Shown in pieces: positions 15,733 to 20,000 of a stretch of 20,000 nucleotides of DNA (its first letter is position 1; each line of letters starts with the position of its first letter). This DNA is from an uncultured virus (IMG/VR IMGVR_UViG_3300024279_000006). Lineage: Duplodnaviria; Heunggongvirae; Uroviricota; Caudoviricetes. Under the pieces are notes generated by a model. The model saw nothing but the letters and a program-made list of their open reading frames with translations. It did not search any database and had not been told where the DNA came from. The translations under genes and the position numbers were made by a program. The stretch covers positions 48,066-68,065 of IMG/VR virus record IMGVR_UViG_3300024279_000006. One strand, given 5' to 3'.

Positions 15733-16127
15733 GTTGGACTGACCTTCTCCGTTCTCGCTACGTCCGCGCTCTGGAAGCTGAACTGGCCACGTTACGCCAG
15801 CGACACATAGACGAATTGGAGCGGCTAAAAACTGTTCACGCCGAAGAACTGAATCGGTGTATTGTAGAGGCGAATCGGGGCTGGGCGGAAGCGGATCGCC
15901 TGCGGCAATACCTGATTCCTGGTCTTCCCGTTGCGAACCGCGTCACAGAACCACCGAACAATAACCCGCCTGAAGCCACGCAAGTTGAAAGTGGCACCCC
16001 GTACCAACGGTTACTCAAGAAGCGATTGAAAGAAATTGCCGAAGCGAACGCCGCAGCCGAAGCCGCACAAAGGGCTGCATTGCAGGCAAAGACAGAAACG
16101 CCGGTCACTCCGGCACAGGAGAACTAA
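15729..16127 (+). CDS. Coiled-coil hypothetical protein
   Basis: ATG 15729 overlaps the upstream TGA; heptad-like RALEAELATLRQRH. Confidence 0.7.
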   Translation: MSWTDLLRSRYVRALEAELATLRQRHIDELERLKTVHAEELNRCIVEANRGWAEADRLRQYLIPGLPVANRVTEPPNNNPPEATQVESGTPYQRLLKKRLKEIAEANAAAEAAQRAALQAKTETPVTPAQEN

Positions 16128-16128
16128 C

Positions 16129-16554
16129 ATGGCCGTAGCAGACAAGACCGGAAAGATGCACCACAGCGGAGGGCGCGCACGCCTTGCTGACTCGATGGCC
16201 GGAGACAAGCCCAAACCGAAACCGATGGAGAAGAAGCCCGAAGCCGCGGCCGACGACGACGGCAATTCCGAAGACATTGAATCCGTTGTGAAGAAGCACG
16301 GGCCAGCTCACCACGTCGAGTACGACAAAGACAAAGAGACCGGGAAGCACAAGGTCAAATCTGTCCACGGCGAACAGAACGTGGAGCATGAATCGGAGTT
16401 TGACTCCGAACCGGAAGCCCACGTACACGTTGGCAAAGCGATGGGCGGCAGTCCTGCCGAAGAAGACCCGGACGAAGAGATGGGCGACGAAGCTGGCGAG
16501 ATCATGCCGGAGATGGAACACAAGTCGCACGGCCACATCCCTGGACTTGGATAA
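16129..16554 (+). CDS. His/Glu-rich, largely disordered protein
   Basis: ATG 16129 with AGGAG SD; many His within acidic tracts. Confidence 0.75.
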   Translation: MAVADKTGKMHHSGGRARLADSMAGDKPKPKPMEKKPEAAADDDGNSEDIESVVKKHGPAHHVEYDKDKETGKHKVKSVHGEQNVEHESEFDSEPEAHVHVGKAMGGSPAEEDPDEEMGDEAGEIMPEMEHKSHGHIPGLG

Positions 16555-16560
16555 AACCCT

Positions 16561-16749
16561 GTGCCATCTAAAGACATCATGCCGTTGTTTCGGCGGGGAG
16601 AATTGCACTCAGGCGGTAGCGGGAAGATCGTGAGCAACCCGCGCCAAGCCAAAGCAATTCTCCTGTCTTATTTGCGGAAGGAAGGCCACGACATACCGGA
16701 GAAGCGCGATGGCCCGATGGTGACTGCGTTCAAGAAAGCAAAACGATGA
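16561..16749 (+). CDS. DUF6496-like small basic protein
   Basis: FRRGELHSGGSGKIVSNPRQAKAILLSYLRKEG resembles the family motif FKxGxLHSG..G..V.S.KQAIAIALS. Confidence 0.7.
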   Translation: MPSKDIMPLFRRGELHSGGSGKIVSNPRQAKAILLSYLRKEGHDIPEKRDGPMVTAFKKAKR

Positions 16750-16958
16750 AACCCTGCGAATATCGGATTGACGCTAACACCCGCTGCGGCCAACCTGCCA
16801 CGTGTGTAATCAAAATAAGCGAAGGCAAATTATCCATTAAAAACGAAGACGGTGATGACATTGGCCGTGGCGTCGGGAGTTTTTACGCTCCTATCTGTGA
16901 CCTGCACAAGTCCTGCTATCCTGACCACGACGGATTTGAGTTGGAGCCTGCACGATGA
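16746..16958 (+). CDS. Small Cys-containing hypothetical protein
   Basis: C-x8-CGQPA...ICDLH; ATGA overlap. Confidence 0.65.
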   Translation: MKPCEYRIDANTRCGQPATCVIKISEGKLSIKNEDGDDIGRGVGSFYAPICDLHKSCYPDHDGFELEPAR

Positions 16959-17101
16959 GGATTCCGTCCGCTGGAAGAACTGGCAGCGCACGCCCTGACA
17001 GCGCAACCGGGGATCGATACCCGGATGGGACTAGAGCATCCCTTCTTCCTAAGCCCCTAGCTCGGGGTGCAGAAGCGCACAGCGGAACGGATGGCGTGCA
17101 G
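16948..17101 (+). ncRNA. Candidate structured RNA upstream of the portal (alternative: 50-aa ORF 16955..17107)
   Basis: Nested complementary segments 16948-54/17095-101, 16963-72/17081-91, 16973-79/17043-49, 17007-11/17020-24 and 17053-57/17064-68. Confidence 0.4.
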
Positions 17102-17135
17102 TTTTAGTGTAGACTTTTCTCGCAGCACAATCGGG
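17100..17135 (+). promoter_or_regulatory. Repeated motif copy 1 (putative late promoter)
   Basis: AGTTTT-AG-TGTAGACTTT-N11-AATCGGG; second copy at 19595-19630. Confidence 0.6.
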
Positions 17136-17150
17136 TGATTGCGGGGAGTA

Positions 17151-19595
17151 GTGGCAACAGCCGTTCTTGAACAAGAGAAGACTGAAGCGCTTGCGCCAGT
17201 TGAATATAATCCTGGTGTCCTTGCCGGTATTGAGTTTGACGGCACCACGTTTGGCAAGATCGACCTAACCGACGCCGAGAAGAGAGAATTAAAAGCCCTC
17301 ATCACCAAAGCCTGCAAACGGGATTATCCGGCTCGCCTAATCGAAGTAATCCAAGCATGGGAAGCGGCACTCTTCTATCGTGGTTTCCAGTTCCTCATCC
17401 CGCGTGTTGGTGGCGGATGGGAAATTCCTGGCGAGTCTACCGGATACGGCCCGTCGATGCAGATGGACTTGGCGCTCCTGCCGACGAACATTTATTCCGC
17501 CTACGCTCAAATTATTATTTCCTCGCTTACCCGCGCGGTCCCTAATGTACGGTTTGAACCGCAAGATGCTGACAACGATGCGCAGATTACCGCGACGGAA
17601 GCAGCGGATAAATTCGTCAAGGTAGTCTCCCGCAACAATGACCTAACGATGGTGCAGACAGATGCGGCGCGCTACTTCTGGACTGACGGCCGCGCACTGT
17701 ACTACACCCGTTTTGTCAAAGATGGCCAGCGCTTCGGATGGGAAGAAGAAGACCAGAACGATGACATCGTGCCGGAGAACGAGCCGGGAACCGAAGAGAC
17801 TCAGCAAGCGGTAGAAGTGGCGAACCAAGCCGAAGATAACCAGCCAGTAGCGAACCGCAAGCCCCGCGGTCAAGAGGTGCGCACCTGCCACGGCAAACTG
17901 GAAGTGAAGCTCTCGCCGATGATGGCGAACGATCTGGAAGACGTAGATGTGTTGCAGTACGAAATGGAAGTAGATACCACGCGCGCCAAAGGAATGTTCC
18001 CCTGGGTAGCGAAAGACATTAAGGCCGGAGCCAACGGAGTTTCTGAAGGGGAGATTGCGAAGCTGGCGCGGCTGAACGTGAAATTAGGGATGCAGTCCAC
18101 CTACATCACGTCGGACTCAATCGCGGAAGATGTGACCATTCAGCGGAGTTGGTTGCGTCCGTCGTACCTGATGGGGATTGACGACGTAACGGTTCGGGAT
18201 TCGATCATTCAGAAATGCCCGGATGGGGTGCTGGTAGTCTACGCTGGCGAAACATTCTGCTTTGCGCGTAATGAGTCGATGGATGACTGCTGGGCGCTCG
18301 GGCAGGCGTACTCCGGCGACGGCCAGAACCGCAACGCGATGGGCACGTCCATGATGCCATTGCAGAAGCGGCTGAATAACTGGCTGGACCTGATGAACGA
18401 TGGATTTGTCCGTGCCATTCCGAAAAAGTGGATGCACAACAAAGCGTTCAACGTTGAGGCGCTACGCCAGCAGACCAACGTACCGGGAGACATCGGCGCG
18501 TTCATGCCGCAAGCCGGTCTGACGCCAGACCAGTTGATTTTCGTTGAGCCAGCAGTACAGATGCCGGCGTCCCTGCCGGAGTTCATTAATTCGTACAAAG
18601 GCGACTTCGCGGAGTTGGTAACTGGCGGGTATCCTGCGCTCGCCGGCGGCGACACTGGTGCGAACGACACAAAGGGCGGCATCGCTATTCAGCGCGACCA
18701 GGCGCTCGGGCGCATCGGCCCGACCTGGCACACGATTCAGAACATGGAAGCCACGGCCATGCGGCAAGCGGTACGGTGGGGAGCCAAGTGCCGCGACAAG
18801 AGTATCAATGAGCGGATTCCCGGAGCCGACGCAATCCGTCTGGAAATTAACGATCTGAAAGCCAACATCCTATGCTTCCCGGAAGCCAATGAGAACTTCC
18901 CGGAGACCTACACACAGAAACAGAATCGGCTGATGGGATTGCTGGACGGCTCCGCGAAGAACCCAGCATTGCAGGAAGTATTCTTTAACCCTGCGAACCT
19001 TGTTTTCCTAAAGCGCATGGTGGCGCTCGATGACCTTTACATCCCGCAAGCGGCATCCTATGAAAAGCAATTGGGAGAAATTGAAATTCTACTTAAAACG
19101 TCCCCGCCGCCAAATCCAGAGGTTGTGGAACTTGAGCAGAAGATTCAAGCGATAAAAGATAATCCTGGTGTCGATCCGGCCATGCTGCAACAGGCGGAAG
19201 CGGAGTTGGCCGCACTGCCGAAACAGTTGGTCAGTTCAATCCCAATCTCCGACTACGAAGACCACGCGACCGAAGCGTTTTGCTGCTGGCAGTACATGAA
19301 CTCGCCCGATGGCCGCAAAGAGAAGAAACTGCACCCCGACGAATTTCATAACGTGGAATTGCATTTCGAGGAACACGAAAAGGCCGCCGCAGACAAGGCT
19401 GCAAAGAACGCTCCGCCTCCGCCACAAAAGCCTGTTAGTGTTTCTCTAAACTACAAAGATGTCGCTGATGCGGCTGAAGCCGACGCCATTCTCAGCAAGG
19501 CAGGTATCCCGGTAACACCAAAGCCACCAAACGCCCTGACGCCAGCCGCGCACGCCATGTTGCCGGAGCCGCAACCGCCTGTACCAGTTCAGTAA
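17151..19595 (+). CDS. Portal protein (large, P22-like, tentative subtype)
   Basis: ~814 aa downstream of terL; LFYRGFQF, PTNIY...SLTRAVPNVRFEP, MMPLQKRLN, GIAIQRDQALGRIG portal-like blocks; start GTG 17151 or TTG 17139. Confidence 0.82.
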   Translation: MATAVLEQEKTEALAPVEYNPGVLAGIEFDGTTFGKIDLTDAEKRELKALITKACKRDYPARLIEVIQAWEAALFYRGFQFLIPRVGGGWEIPGESTGYGPSMQMDLALLPTNIYSAYAQIIISSLTRAVPNVRFEPQDADNDAQITATEAADKFVKVVSRNNDLTMVQTDAARYFWTDGRALYYTRFVKDGQRFGWEEEDQNDDIVPENEPGTEETQQAVEVANQAEDNQPVANRKPRGQEVRTCHGKLEVKLSPMMANDLEDVDVLQYEMEVDTTRAKGMFPWVAKDIKAGANGVSEGEIAKLARLNVKLGMQSTYITSDSIAEDVTIQRSWLRPSYLMGIDDVTVRDSIIQKCPDGVLVVYAGETFCFARNESMDDCWALGQAYSGDGQNRNAMGTSMMPLQKRLNNWLDLMNDGFVRAIPKKWMHNKAFNVEALRQQTNVPGDIGAFMPQAGLTPDQLIFVEPAVQMPASLPEFINSYKGDFAELVTGGYPALAGGDTGANDTKGGIAIQRDQALGRIGPTWHTIQNMEATAMRQAVRWGAKCRDKSINERIPGADAIRLEINDLKANILCFPEANENFPETYTQKQNRLMGLLDGSAKNPALQEVFFNPANLVFLKRMVALDDLYIPQAASYEKQLGEIEILLKTSPPPNPEVVELEQKIQAIKDNPGVDPAMLQQAEAELAALPKQLVSSIPISDYEDHATEAFCCWQYMNSPDGRKEKKLHPDEFHNVELHFEEHEKAAADKAAKNAPPPPQKPVSVSLNYKDVADAAEADAILSKAGIPVTPKPPNALTPAAHAMLPEPQPPVPVQ

Positions 19596-19630
19596 GTTTT
19601 GATGTAGACTTTGCCAGTCGGTAAATCGGG
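19595..19630 (+). promoter_or_regulatory. Repeated motif copy 2 (putative late promoter)
   Basis: AGTTTT-GA-TGTAGACTTT-N11-AATCGGG, running directly into the GGGAGG SD of the next gene. Confidence 0.6.
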
Positions 19631-19637
19631 AGGAACG

Positions 19638-20000
19638 ATGCTTGAAGGAATCGAAGCGGTAGCACCAGCCCTTGACTCCACGCCTGCAATAGAAACCACG
19701 CCAGTTGAAACGACAGAAACCACGGATGCGCCAGCGCCCGAAGGTACGGAAGCGCCTGCCGGTGGTGAAGGTGGAGATGCTCCCGTCGAGGGGGCGGAAG
19801 AAACTGAGTTACCTGGCGAACCGGAAGACGAAGGCATCGAGACCGACGCGCGCACGATGGACAAGGCCACGCGCGATACCATTGCCGCGCTGAAGAAGAC
19901 CAATCCTGCCGCAGCGAAGTTGCTGGCCAAGCAGTACTACGGCCGCCAAGCCTACGAAAAAGAATTTCCTACGGTGAAGGACATTCTTTTTCGTAGGCTT
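19638..20000 (+). CDS. Acidic scaffold-like head protein (partial)
   Basis: Not in track (open at window end). ATG 19638 with GGGAGG SD; MLEGIEAVAPALDSTPAIETTPVETTE..., E/P/T/A-rich; immediately after the portal. Confidence 0.7.
   Translation, partial: MLEGIEAVAPALDSTPAIETTPVETTETTDAPAPEGTEAPAGGEGGDAPVEGAEETELPGEPEDEGIETDARTMDKATRDTIAALKKTNPAAAKLLAKQYYGRQAYEKEFPTVKDILFRRL

Noticed and set aside
16966..17033. Canonical tRNA gene
   Set aside because: T-arm-like and anticodon-arm-like pieces exist, but the acceptor and D stems do not close, U33 is missing and there is no CCA; kept only as part of the structured-RNA candidate.
17100..19630. CRISPR repeats (GTTTT-starting 36-nt motif)
   Set aside because: Only two imperfect copies 2.5 kb apart, flanking a gene; no spacer array or cas genes.
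1..20000. Integrase, att site, IS element or host assignment
   Set aside because: No recombinase or transposase motifs and no host genes in the window; lifestyle and host cannot be determined here.

Overview
A 20 kb segment of a tailed dsDNA phage or prophage (Caudoviricetes, probably podovirus-like judging by the large portal), organised as two divergent arms around a control region at ~9365-9493. The minus-strand arm (1-9364) holds early or accessory genes: many small Cys/Zn-type proteins, a Dam-family (D12) adenine methyltransferase, two HNH endonucleases, a long Red-beta/Bet-type recombinase, a KTSC protein, a coiled-coil protein and a PD-(D/E)xK-type nuclease. The plus-strand arm (9494-20000) has two ribbon-helix-helix regulators, an HNH-like/Cro-HTH fusion, terminase small subunit, several inserted small genes, an HNH-NUMOD3 endonuclease, terminase large subunit, another HNH, small genes (Tat-like peptide, His-rich protein, DUF6496-like), portal and the start of an acidic scaffold-like protein. 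The best non-obvious signals are: a highly base-paired ~155-nt element with tRNA-like pieces just upstream of the portal; an identically spaced motif (AGTTTT-N2-TGTAGACTTT-N11-AATCGGG) in front of both portal and scaffold; four promoter-like sites placed to give leaderless mRNAs; a small structured element before the NUMOD3 endonuclease; and a multi-domain Bet. All family calls are from motif recognition by eye, not database searches.
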